Shown here one piece after another: positions 1 to 9,005 of a DNA stretch of 24,134 bases. This stretch comes from Gemmatimonadaceae bacterium (lineage in GTDB: Bacteria > Gemmatimonadota > Gemmatimonadetes > Gemmatimonadales > Gemmatimonadaceae). Made by a program: the position numbers and the translations under genes. Below the pieces are notes generated by a model, which worked only from the letters and a program-made list of their open reading frames with translations, did not search any database and was not told the origin of the DNA. How positions within the stretch are numbered: position 1 is the stretch's first letter; every line of letters begins with the position of its first letter. Location of the stretch: assembly GCA_044224875.1 (NCBI GenBank), contig JBGAJQ010000073.1, forward strand, positions 1 to 24,134. The letters run 5' to 3'.

Positions 1-1053
1 CGCCAGCTCACGCTGGCCGGCGAGTACGCGCCGGTTGAACCGGTGCCGGGCCTGATCGACCTGCAGCATGTGCAGGCGCGAACGGGCGAGGTCTTTGCCG
101 ATGCCGACGCAGCCTTGCTGGATCTTGGCGATGGCGTCCTACTCCTGGAGTTTCGCGGGAAGATGAACACGCTGGGACCGGGGGTCTTTCGCGCCTTGGA
201 GACGGCGGAGGAGCGCATTCGAGCCGGCGCGTACGAGGGCCTGGTCATCGGAAATGCCGACCCCCGCACGTTCTCAGCGGGCGCCAACCTGGCCGGCGTG
301 TTGCAGCAGGCACGTGCCGGAGAGTGGGCGGCGCTGGAAGCGGGGGTTCGCGCCTTTCAGGCCGGGGTGACCAGTCTGGCGCGCTTCCCCTTCCCCACCG
401 TCGTCGCGCCCTTCGGTCTTACGCTGGGGGGCGGCGCGGAGCTCACGCTCTACGCATCGCAGGTACAGGCCCACGCCGAGCTGTATATGGGGTTGGTGGA
501 GGTGGGAGTCGGCCTGCTGCCAGGAGGCGGAGGCACCACGGCGCTGCTCATGCGTTTTGCTGGCGACCTCGCGCCGTACGACGAAGCCGATCCGTTTGAA
601 GGGGTCAAGCGGGCCTTCAAGCTCATTTCCATGGCGACGACGAGCACCAGCGCGGAGGACGCGCGCCGTCTGGGCCTGCTCCGGACCGGGGACCGCGTGT
701 CCATGAACCGGGACCGGCTGCTGTCCGATGCGAAGGCCCGCGTGTTGGACCTGGCGGCGGACTACACGCCCCCGGTTCCGCGCACCGTGCGGGCGCTTGG
801 CAAGGAGGCGCTGGGCAACCTGGAATACGCGGTGTGGGCGATGCAGGAAGCGCGATACATCTCGGCGCACGACGCGGTCATCGGCCGCCGGATCGCGTAT
901 GTCCTGAGCGGCGGCGACGGTCCGCCGCGCGACGTGACGACCCAGGATCTCCTGGACCTTGAACGCGAGGGATTTCTCTCGCTCCTGGGCACGCCCGAGA
1001 CGCAGGAGCGCATCGCGCACATGCTTACCACTGGCAAGCCGCTACGCAACTAG
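1..1053 (+). CDS. 3-hydroxyacyl-CoA dehydrogenase/enoyl-CoA hydratase (FadN-type), C-terminal crotonase part; 5' end lies outside the window
   Basis: Frame is open from base 1 (RQLTLAGEYAPVEPVP...). Crotonase motifs FSAGANL, LGGGAE and EVGVGLLPGGGG are present. Ends in the FadN-typical TGKPLRN. Immediately followed by a thiolase. Confidence 0.9.
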   Translation, partial: RQLTLAGEYAPVEPVPGLIDLQHVQARTGEVFADADAALLDLGDGVLLLEFRGKMNTLGPGVFRALETAEERIRAGAYEGLVIGNADPRTFSAGANLAGVLQQARAGEWAALEAGVRAFQAGVTSLARFPFPTVVAPFGLTLGGGAELTLYASQVQAHAELYMGLVEVGVGLLPGGGGTTALLMRFAGDLAPYDEADPFEGVKRAFKLISMATTSTSAEDARRLGLLRTGDRVSMNRDRLLSDAKARVLDLAADYTPPVPRTVRALGKEALGNLEYAVWAMQEARYISAHDAVIGRRIAYVLSGGDGPPRDVTTQDLLDLEREGFLSLLGTPETQERIAHMLTTGKPLRN

Positions 1054-1077
1054 CGGATCACACGAAGAGGCTTCTCG

Positions 1078-2244
1078 ATGCCCGAAGCAGTCCTGGTCAG
1101 CGCCGTGCGAACGGCCGTGGCTCGCGGAAAGAAAGACGGCTCCCTGGCCAGCGTGCACCCCGTGGACCTTTCTGCCCTCGTTATGCAGGAGGCGGTGAAG
1201 CGCGCCAATATCGACCCGCACCTGATCGACGACGTGCTCTGGGGTTGTGCCATGCCGGAGGGCCCGCAGGGTCTCAACGTGGCACGTCTGGCGTCGCTGC
1301 GCGCGCGACTCCCCGTAGAAGTCCCGGCCGCCACCGTCAATCGCTTCTGCTCGTCCGGCCTGCAAACGATCGCGATGGCGGCACAGGGCATCATGAGTGG
1401 CATGGCGGACGTCGTACTCGCAGGCGGCGTGGAGATGATGAGTCAGGTCCCCATGTCTGGCTACCACACCCGGCTGAATCACGGCATGGCCGAGGCCATG
1501 ATCGCGATGGGGCTGACGGCCGAACGCGTCGCCGAACGCTGGAACGTTTCGCGCGCCGACCAGGATGCCTACGCCACCGACAGTCATCGCAAGGCGGCAC
1601 AGGCGCTGGAACGCGACGTCTTTGCCGACCAGATCGCGGCCGTGCCGGTGGAGCGAGTCTCGTGGCGTGGCGCATCCAAGACCGTTGAAGAAGGCCTGTT
1701 CGCGCGCGACGAATTGGTGCGCGCCGATACCACCGTGGAGCGCCTGATGAAGCTGCCGGCCGTCTTCAAGGCCAAGGGCACAGTCACCGCGGGCAACTCC
1801 AGCCCATACTCGGACGGCGCAGCGGCCCTCATGCTCATGAGCGCCGAGAAAGCCAAGGCGTTAGGCGTACGGCCAATGGCGCGCTTTGTAGCCTACGCCA
1901 CGGCGGGCGTCGAACCGGACGTCATGGGAATCGGCCCGATCAAGGCTGTGCCCAAGGCCCTCACCCGCGCCGGACTCTCACTTGGTGATATTTCGCTCAT
2001 CGAGTTCAACGAGGCATTTGCATCGCAGGCACTCGCCGTGGCACGCGAGCTGGGTATGCCTCCCGAGAAAGTGAATGTCAACGGTGGAGCCATTGCACTC
2101 GGCCACCCGTTGGGCGCCACGGGAGCAAAACTCACCACCCAACTGGTGTATGAGCTGCAACGACGTGGCGGCGGATACGGACTGGTGACGATGTGCATCG
2201 GCGGAGGCATGGGCGCCGCTGGCATTTTCCGCGTCGACGGCTGA
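1078..2244 (+). CDS. fadA: Acetyl-CoA C-acyltransferase (3-ketoacyl-CoA thiolase)
   Basis: Catalytic motifs NRFCSSG, NEAFA, GHPLGATG and MCIGGGMG. GAGG lies upstream of the ATG. Confidence 0.95.
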   Translation: MPEAVLVSAVRTAVARGKKDGSLASVHPVDLSALVMQEAVKRANIDPHLIDDVLWGCAMPEGPQGLNVARLASLRARLPVEVPAATVNRFCSSGLQTIAMAAQGIMSGMADVVLAGGVEMMSQVPMSGYHTRLNHGMAEAMIAMGLTAERVAERWNVSRADQDAYATDSHRKAAQALERDVFADQIAAVPVERVSWRGASKTVEEGLFARDELVRADTTVERLMKLPAVFKAKGTVTAGNSSPYSDGAAALMLMSAEKAKALGVRPMARFVAYATAGVEPDVMGIGPIKAVPKALTRAGLSLGDISLIEFNEAFASQALAVARELGMPPEKVNVNGGAIALGHPLGATGAKLTTQLVYELQRRGGGYGLVTMCIGGGMGAAGIFRVDG

Positions 2245-2251
2245 GGCCTCG

Positions 2252-3334
2252 CTAGCCCAAGCTGCGAGAAGCGATCGCACGCTCGGCGGCGCGCCCCAGC
2301 GCCGCCACCGCCACGTGCAACTCGGCGAACCGAGGGTCTCGCGTATGGCCGCGGACGTACCGCGCATGGATCTGCTGGGCGATCACCGCGACCTTGAACA
2401 ACCCGAACACGTAGCCGTAGGGCATGTCGCCGGGCGACCGGCCGGTCCGCACAACGTACCGCTCCACCAACTGCTCGCGAGAGAGGTTGCCGGGCAGTGC
2501 CGTCAGACCCAGACCCAGCGCGCGTAACTCGGCAGGATCGTCCGCGTTGATCCAATACGCCAGCGACGTCCCCAGGTCGAGCCACGGGTCTCCCACCGTC
2601 GCCATCTCCCAATCCAGCACCGCCAGTATCCGTGACGGGTCCGCGGGGTCCAGCACCAGGTTGTCATACTTGAAGTCGTTGTGCACGAGCGTGGCGGTCT
2701 CCGACGTCGGCATGTGCGCCATCAACCAGCCGGCGGCCGCCTCGACGCCCGCGTGCTCGTGGGTCTGAGCGGCCCGGTATCGGCGCGACCACCCTTCGAC
2801 CTGACGGCGCACATACCCTTGCGGGCGTCCAATGCCAAGCGGTGCGAGCCGTTCCACGTCGATCAGGTGCAGCTCGGCCAGGGCATCGACAAATCGCCCC
2901 GAGAGGCGCGTGAGCAGGTCAGGCGTCAGATTCAACCCAGCGGGAGCGCGATCTCGCAGGATCACGCCCAGGACTCGATCCATCAGGTAGAAGGGTGCCC
3001 CAAGCACGGTGGAGTCTTCACACACGAACCGAACCTTGGGCGCGTGCGGGTAGATCGGGGCCAACGCCTCGAGTAACCTGGCTTCGCGAAGAACGTCGTG
3101 TGCCGACCCGGGACCAACGCCGAACGGTGGACGGCGCAACACCCAGGCGTTGTCGTCAGCCCGAACAAGGTATGTGAGGTTGGAAAAACCGCGGGGAAAC
3201 TGCTCGACAGCGATGGGCCCGGTGGCCGATACACCCTTGGTGTGCAGCCACGCCTGCAAGGCGCTGGCGTCCAACTCCTCGCCCTCGCGAACACCCGATG
3301 GCTGATCGAGCAAGGGGCGGGACACGTTACTCAC
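2252..3334 (-). CDS. Phosphotransferase (APH/ACAD10-11 kinase-like, LvaA-like)
   Basis: Motifs GFSNLTY, VLRRPP, AHDVLRE, HNDFKYDN and LDWEMATVGDP. The GTG start overlaps the ACAD stop (GTGA). Confidence 0.9.
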   Translation of the reverse strand: MSNVSRPLLDQPSGVREGEELDASALQAWLHTKGVSATGPIAVEQFPRGFSNLTYLVRADDNAWVLRRPPFGVGPGSAHDVLREARLLEALAPIYPHAPKVRFVCEDSTVLGAPFYLMDRVLGVILRDRAPAGLNLTPDLLTRLSGRFVDALAELHLIDVERLAPLGIGRPQGYVRRQVEGWSRRYRAAQTHEHAGVEAAAGWLMAHMPTSETATLVHNDFKYDNLVLDPADPSRILAVLDWEMATVGDPWLDLGTSLAYWINADDPAELRALGLGLTALPGNLSREQLVERYVVRTGRSPGDMPYGYVFGLFKVAVIAQQIHARYVRGHTRDPRFAELHVAVAALGRAAERAIASRSLG

Positions 3335-4527
3335 GACTCGCCGGGTTTCGTGGAAGAAAGCCCGTACCGCTTGAAAATTCGGCGAGCCACGAACGTCTTG
3401 TGCACCTCGTCGGCACCGTCATAGATCCGCGCCGCGCGCTCGTGACGGAACCACCACGCCAGCGGCGTGTCGTCGGTCAGCCCGCGCGCCCCGAATACCT
3501 GGATGGCACGATCGAGTACGCGTTGCAGGACGCCAGCGGCAAAGTATTTGATGACGGAGATCTGTTCGCGCGACGCACTGGCCCCGTCGCGATCGATCGA
3601 CCGCGCTGCCTCGAGGATGAGAAGTCTCGCGGCATCCACCTCGGCACGGGAGTCCGCCACGGCGTGCTGGACCGCCTGCTGTTGCGCCAGCGGCGCCCCC
3701 GGAGACAGCTCGCGCGAGACCGCGTAGCGACACGTCAGCTCCAACGCGCGCTCGCAGATGCCGATCCAGCGCATGCAATGGTGAATTCGCCCCGGACCCA
3801 GTCGCTCTTGCGCCAGCACAAAGCCCGTACCCTCGTCGCCGATTCGATTTGAGCGGGGAACGCGACACTCGTCGAATCGCACCTCGGCGTGACTCGCCCA
3901 TCCGTCTCCTGCGTCACCCATCACCGGGATGTTGCGCACCAGGTGAAAACCGGGGGTCCCCGCCGGAACAATGATCTGGCTCGCCCTGGCATGCGCCGGC
4001 GCGTCGGGATTCGTGATCGCCATGACGATGGCGAACGCCGCACCGTCCGCACCCGAGGTAAACCACTTCCGACCGGTGATGACATAGTCATTCCCGTCGC
4101 GTCGCGCGACCGTGTCCAGCCACACCGGGTTCGATCCCGCGCGATCCGGCTCAGTCATCGCGAAACAACTTCGAATCTCGCCGCGTGCCAGCGGGGCGAG
4201 CCATCGTTCGCGCTGCGCCGGGCTTCCATGCGAGTGCAACAACTCCATGTTCCCGATGTCGGGCGCCTGCGCGTTTACGGCAAAGTGCCCATAGGGCGTG
4301 CGACCCAGTTCCTCGCTCACGCGCGCAAACTCCAGCAGGGTCAGCCCCTGCCCTCCCAGCGACGCTGGCAGGTGTGGCGTGAACAATTCGCGACGCCGCG
4401 CCTCGTCGCGTCGCAACTGCAGACCAGCTGCAACCTGCGAGAATGGGACACTAAGGCACTCTCGCTCAAACGGGATCAGCGACTCGTCGACGAAGGCGCG
4501 TACGCGCGCGGGAAAAGACGTGTCCAT
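3331..4527 (-). CDS. Acyl-CoA dehydrogenase, ACAD10/11 / FadE2 / LvaC-like
   Basis: The 3' part of the 825-aa track ORF, starting at MDTSF. Motifs NAQAPDIGNME, RSCFAMTEP, GRKWFTSGA, AQERLGPGRIHHCMR and RIYDGADEVH. The ATG at 4527 overlaps the SDR stop (TGATG). Confidence 0.92.
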   Translation of the reverse strand: MDTSFPARVRAFVDESLIPFERECLSVPFSQVAAGLQLRRDEARRRELFTPHLPASLGGQGLTLLEFARVSEELGRTPYGHFAVNAQAPDIGNMELLHSHGSPAQRERWLAPLARGEIRSCFAMTEPDRAGSNPVWLDTVARRDGNDYVITGRKWFTSGADGAAFAIVMAITNPDAPAHARASQIIVPAGTPGFHLVRNIPVMGDAGDGWASHAEVRFDECRVPRSNRIGDEGTGFVLAQERLGPGRIHHCMRWIGICERALELTCRYAVSRELSPGAPLAQQQAVQHAVADSRAEVDAARLLILEAARSIDRDGASASREQISVIKYFAAGVLQRVLDRAIQVFGARGLTDDTPLAWWFRHERAARIYDGADEVHKTFVARRIFKRYGLSSTKPGES

Positions 4528-5288
4528 CACAGGAGGTAGCCACCATCGACGAGATAGGCGCCACCCGTGCAGAACGACGCCGCATCGGATACAAGGAACA
4601 GCGCAAAGTTCGCCACTTCCTCGGGGCTGCCAAGCCGAGCGATGGGTTGATGCGAAAGCACTTCCGACATGACCGACTCGTTCTTCCAGAGCGCGGCGCT
4701 GAAGTCGGTCTTGATGAATCCGGGGCACAGGGCGTTCGCGCGGACGTTGTGCGCTCCCCACTCCTTCGCCATGACCTGCGTGAGGGAGATCAACGCCGCC
4801 TTGCTGACACTGTAGATGCCGAGGCCGCTCTCTGGAGCCAGTCCGCCGATGCTGGAGATGTTCAGCACGCTGCCGCCCCCGCGGGCGATCATCGATGGTA
4901 GTGCTCGACGTGCGATCTCGAAGGGCGCACGCACGTTCACCTGCATGATCTTGTCGAACGCTTCCGTGGACGTGTCCTTGACCGGGCCGTAGACAGGATT
5001 CGTGGCGGCGTTGTTGACCAGGATATCGATCCCGCCGGCGAGTTCGATCGCGCGATCGACCAAGGCGTGCGATTCCTCGAGGCGCCCTACATTCGCGGGG
5101 ATGCCGTGGGCGTGAGCCCCGGCTTCCACAAGCTGCGAGGTCACGGTGGATACCGCCGCCTCCTTGCGCGAGCTGACAATCACGGTGGCTCCGGACGCCG
5201 CCAAGGCGCGCGCAATGGCTAAGCCAATACCGCGCGTCGCGCCGGTCACGAGGGCGACCTTCCCAGAGAGGTTGTATGATGTGTTCAC
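4527..5288 (-). CDS. Short-chain dehydrogenase/reductase (DHRS4/LvaD-like)
   Basis: Motifs TGATRGIG, NNAA, YSVSK, PGFIKTDF and DGG. The GTG at 5288 gives a typical 253-aa SDR; exact start is uncertain. Confidence 0.88.
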   Translation of the reverse strand: MNTSYNLSGKVALVTGATRGIGLAIARALAASGATVIVSSRKEAAVSTVTSQLVEAGAHAHGIPANVGRLEESHALVDRAIELAGGIDILVNNAATNPVYGPVKDTSTEAFDKIMQVNVRAPFEIARRALPSMIARGGGSVLNISSIGGLAPESGLGIYSVSKAALISLTQVMAKEWGAHNVRANALCPGFIKTDFSAALWKNESVMSEVLSHQPIARLGSPEEVANFALFLVSDAASFCTGGAYLVDGGYLL

Positions 5289-5581
5289 GTGCTTGGTATT
5301 GTGTCGAGTGTGGTTTGGGACTTCCGCAAACCGAATTTGACGCCGAGCGGGCGGAAGGTCGAGGGAACGCCGGCCGCGAAGCGGGGCTTGAGTCGGTGCG
5401 TCGCAGTCGGCGACGGATTGGCCGGCTTCGCGGCGACGTCTTCGAGTCATTGGCGCCATCCGGCAGTCGGCGAGTCACGTGAGGGAAGCTCCCCCTGCCG
5501 CATCCAGCCGCGTCCCTTAGAATTCGCGCGAACGACAGCCGCTGCAACCCGGGGCTTGCACCAACTCTTACCTCTCGATCG

Positions 5582-6803
5582 ATGTCCGCAGACACGCAAG
5601 GCCAGATGATTCGCATGGTAGACGGCAAGCTGGTTGTGCCGAGCCAGCCCATAATCCCCTTTATCGAAGGGGATGGGACTGGTCCCGATATCTGGCGCGC
5701 CTCACAACATGTCTTCGATGCCGCTGTTTCCAAGGCGTACGGGAGCGCACGCCGCGTCCATTGGCGAGAGGTGCTTGCGGGCGAGAAGTCCAAGGCCGCG
5801 CTCGACACGTATGCCCGAGGACACCCTAACGACTATTCGTTCGCACCTCGTGGCGATCAAGGGACCACTGGGCACACCGGTTGGCGGGGGTATTCGCTCG
5901 CTCAACGTCGCCCTGCGACAGGAACTCGACTTGTACGCCTGCGTCCGGCCAGTGCGCTACTTCGAGGGCGTGCCATCCCCGGTCAAGCGGCCGCAGGACG
6001 TCAACATGGTGATCTTCCGCGAGAATACGGAGGACATTTATGCCGGCGTGGAATGGCCCGCGCAGAGTGCAGAGGCAAAGAAACTCGTGACGTTCCTGCG
6101 CTCCGAACTAGGCGTCAAGAAGATCCGCTTCCCCGACACGAGCGGCATCGGCATCAAGCCCATCTCGTCGGAAGGTACCGCGCGCCTGGTTCGGTCGGCC
6201 ATTCAGTATGCGATGGGGAACGGCTTCACCTCCGTGACGTTGGTGCACAAAGGCAACATCATGAAGTTCACGGAAGGTGCGTTTCGCGACTGGGGCTACC
6301 AGGTGGCCAAGGAGGAGTTTGGCGGCGTCGAAATCGACGGCGGTCCGTGGTTGCGGCTGCCGAACGGCATCATCATCAAGGACGTGATCGCCGACGCCTT
6401 CCTACAACAGATCCTGACGCGACCGACCGAATACGGTGTGATCGCCACCCCGAACCTCAACGGTGACTACATCTCGGATGCGCTCGCGGCGCAGGTCGGC
6501 GGCATTGGAATCGCCCCTGGCGCCAACATCAACTACCTGACGGGCCACGCCGTATTCGAGGCCACGCACGGGACGGCGCCCAAGTATGCGAACCAGGACA
6601 AGGTGAATCCGGGTTCGGTGATCCTCTCCGGTGAGATGATGTTTCGCTACATGGGCTGGAACGAGGCGGCGGACCTGATCATCTCGTCGTTGGAAAAGAC
6701 CATCGCCCAGAAGCGCGTGACGTACGACTTCGAGCGTATGATGGAGGGAGCGACCCTGGTCAGCTGTTCGGGCTTCGGGAAAGCTCTCGCAGAAAACATG
6801 TAG
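5582..6803 (+). CDS. icd: NADP-dependent isocitrate dehydrogenase, homodimeric type; interrupted by a +1 frameshift at ~5810 (sequencing error or pseudogene)
   Basis: Frame of 5582 encodes [15 protein letters not shown]...AGEKS. Frame of 5673..6803 encodes [60 protein letters not shown] and VTYDF. Confidence 0.92.
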
Positions 6804-6837
6804 CGAGCCGGTAATCGGTACTCCCGTCACCTGCAAC

Positions 6838-6872
6838 TCGGCGCCGGCCCTGATTCTCAGGACCGGCGCCGA
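6838..6872. other. Strong GC-rich hairpin between convergent icd and CocE genes (possible terminator or RNA stability element)
   Basis: TCGGCGCCGG-C-CCTGA-ttc-TCAGG-A-CCGGCGCCGA. No U-tract on either side. Confidence 0.5.
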
Positions 6873-6989
6873 TCACGTGAGGGGTGTCGAAGTTCCGTTG
6901 CGCCGACGGCGGTTTCGCCAAATCAGAGGAGCCAGCTCCGCACCTGGCGTCCAACGGAGGCAGGCCCCCTATAATCGCCCAACGAGCGT

Positions 6990-9005
6990 TCAGGGGACCG
7001 TTTTCACCACCACTGGAAGGGAGATGTTCGACGGATACGCCGCCGACCGATACACCTTGTGCTCCGCGCGCACAAAATCCGACTCCTTCGCCTCGAAGAT
7101 ATTCGGGACGAACTTTTGCGGATTGCGATCGATCAGCGGGAACCAGGAGCTTTGCACCTGCACCATGACGCGGTGCCCCTTCTTGAACGTATACGCCTGC
7201 GTATGCAGGTCGACCGAAAACTTCGTGACCTGGTTCGGTGTGATTGGCGTTGGCTTCTCGAAGCCGCGGTAGTAGCGGCCGCGGAAGACATCGTTCGCCA
7301 CCATGAACTCGTACCCATTCATCTTGGGGTCCGACATTCCCTTCTCAGGGTAGACGTCGATGAGTTTCACGATCCAGTCCGCGTCGCTCCCGGAGGTTGC
7401 GGCATGCAAGGTCACGGTGAGGTCACCGGCGATCGTCAAATCGTCGTCGAGGACCGATGTTCCCCACGTCAGGACATCGGCGCGGCCGTCAACGAATCGC
7501 TGATCCTCCGTAAGCCACGTATACCAGCCGGACCCCCTCGGGTCGTAGGTGGCCTGGATGGGACGTTGACGATATGGAACGGGGTGCGCGGGGTCGGACA
7601 CGAACGCGTCGAAGGGCTTCTCCGCCGGGGCGGGCTTGGGCGGTGCATCGAACGACAGTCTCCCGTTGTCACGGAAGTACAGATTGCGAGCCGACACGCC
7701 GGCCTTGGGCGGCCAGGCGTCATACTTCTTCCATTGGTTTGAGCCGGCCTCGAACGTGGTGGCTTCAGCCAGGTGAATCGTTCCCTTGTCGTGCAGATAG
7801 TACGCAAAGAACGGCCCCATGAGCGAGTCACGGAAGAACTGGGCGGTCGGCTGCTCGAACTGGATGTTACCTAACGAGCGCCCTTCGCCACGCATCCATC
7901 CGCCGTGATTCCACGGGCCGACGACAAGGAAGTTGCGGTGGTCGGTGTCGTGCTTCTCCAGTTCACGGTAGATCGTCACCGGGCCATAGAAATCCTCCTG
8001 GTCCCACCAACCCGCCACGTTCAACGTTGGCACCGTCACCTGGGTGAGGTAGCCCTTCATGGCCTGCCGCCGCCAGAACTCGTCGTAGTCCGGGCGTCGT
8101 GAGAAGTCGTTCCACGTGGGGATTTTTCCCTTGAGAATGTCTTTGTTGACGTTCGCCAGCGATCCCACCTTGAGGTACCACGCAAAGGTATCGTAGGTGT
8201 CGAACTCGAACTGCTGGACGTCCTTCGCGGACTCCATCATCGTCGCGTATTCGAAGCCATAGCTCAAACGAAACGCGCCATTGTGATGGAAGTCGTCACC
8301 CATCCACATGTCGGCTGGCGAGGCTTGTGGCGACACCGCCCGGAGTGCCGGGTGCGGATCGAGCATGGCCATGGCGGTGAGCCATCCAGGGTACGAGACG
8401 CCGGTCATGCCGACGCGCCCATTGTTGTTAGGCACGTTGGCAAGCAGCCACGTAATGGTATCGTAGGCGTCCGTGCTCTCGTCGATGGCCTTGGGGTCGT
8501 TGCGATCGCGTCGGGGGGCTCGCTGCATCACGAACTCGCCCTCGGACTTGAACTTCCCGCGAATGTCCTGGAAGACGAAGATGTACGCGTCACGGACGAG
8601 GAAGTCGTACCCGCGCTCGAGACCGGTTGAGTTGGCGCCACCGATGCCGTAGGGCGTGCGAATGAACATGAATGGCAGGGCCGGTCCAGTCGCCTTGGGC
8701 ACGAAGATCTTCGTGTAGAGCCGCACCCCGTCGCGCATGGGCACCATCACCTCATTCAGCGTGAAGAGCGAGTCGGCGAGCGTGGGTTGCACCGGGCGCA
8801 CGGGAATGGCGGTGGCCGTAGCCACCGGACACGCGAGGGCGAGAGTCGCGGCCACTGCGAGCCCCCGAACGACCGGCGACGGGAAGAGACTGCTCCTGGC
8901 TGCAACAAAACGATGAGAGGCGCGAGCCTCATCGGACGTATCTTGGGATTTGGGGGGGGCCCCCCGCATCGCGATCCGGTCCGTTCCGATCCGCCCAATG
9001 TTCAC
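6990..9005 (-). CDS. CocE/NonD family hydrolase (alpha-amino acid ester hydrolase / glutaryl-7-ACA acylase-like), probably exported
   Basis: Motifs MVPMRDGVRL, RTPY, QDIRG, GVSYPG nucleophile elbow, GDDFHHNGAF, GPWNHG and QSSWFPLIDRNPQ. GTG at 9005 has a GGAGG Shine-Dalgarno. Hydrophobic signal-like segment LAVAATLALACPVATA. Start uncertain. Confidence 0.9.
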   Translation of the reverse strand: MNIGRIGTDRIAMRGAPPKSQDTSDEARASHRFVAARSSLFPSPVVRGLAVAATLALACPVATATAIPVRPVQPTLADSLFTLNEVMVPMRDGVRLYTKIFVPKATGPALPFMFIRTPYGIGGANSTGLERGYDFLVRDAYIFVFQDIRGKFKSEGEFVMQRAPRRDRNDPKAIDESTDAYDTITWLLANVPNNNGRVGMTGVSYPGWLTAMAMLDPHPALRAVSPQASPADMWMGDDFHHNGAFRLSYGFEYATMMESAKDVQQFEFDTYDTFAWYLKVGSLANVNKDILKGKIPTWNDFSRRPDYDEFWRRQAMKGYLTQVTVPTLNVAGWWDQEDFYGPVTIYRELEKHDTDHRNFLVVGPWNHGGWMRGEGRSLGNIQFEQPTAQFFRDSLMGPFFAYYLHDKGTIHLAEATTFEAGSNQWKKYDAWPPKAGVSARNLYFRDNGRLSFDAPPKPAPAEKPFDAFVSDPAHPVPYRQRPIQATYDPRGSGWYTWLTEDQRFVDGRADVLTWGTSVLDDDLTIAGDLTVTLHAATSGSDADWIVKLIDVYPEKGMSDPKMNGYEFMVANDVFRGRYYRGFEKPTPITPNQVTKFSVDLHTQAYTFKKGHRVMVQVQSSWFPLIDRNPQKFVPNIFEAKESDFVRAEHKVYRSAAYPSNISLPVVVKTVP

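Noticed and set aside
3331..5808. 825-aa ORF suggesting an ACAD with a 426-aa N-terminal fusion
   Set aside because: The extension overlaps the SDR in another frame, the spacer and antisense icd, and is Arg-rich nonsense. The ATG at 4527 coupled to the SDR stop explains the real gene.
5582..6466. Separate 294-aa gene
   Set aside because: Only the first ~76 codons are IDH-like; the rest is out-of-frame run-on after the frameshift.
6850..6912. Glycine-riboswitch-like words (TCTCAGG, CGCCGACGG)
   Set aside because: Wrong order for one aptamer, no GGAGA motif, and no downstream gene on that strand.
6970..6975. Perfect TATAAT pointing antisense into the CocE gene
   Set aside because: No -35 or extended -10 support; a lone hexamer is insufficient.
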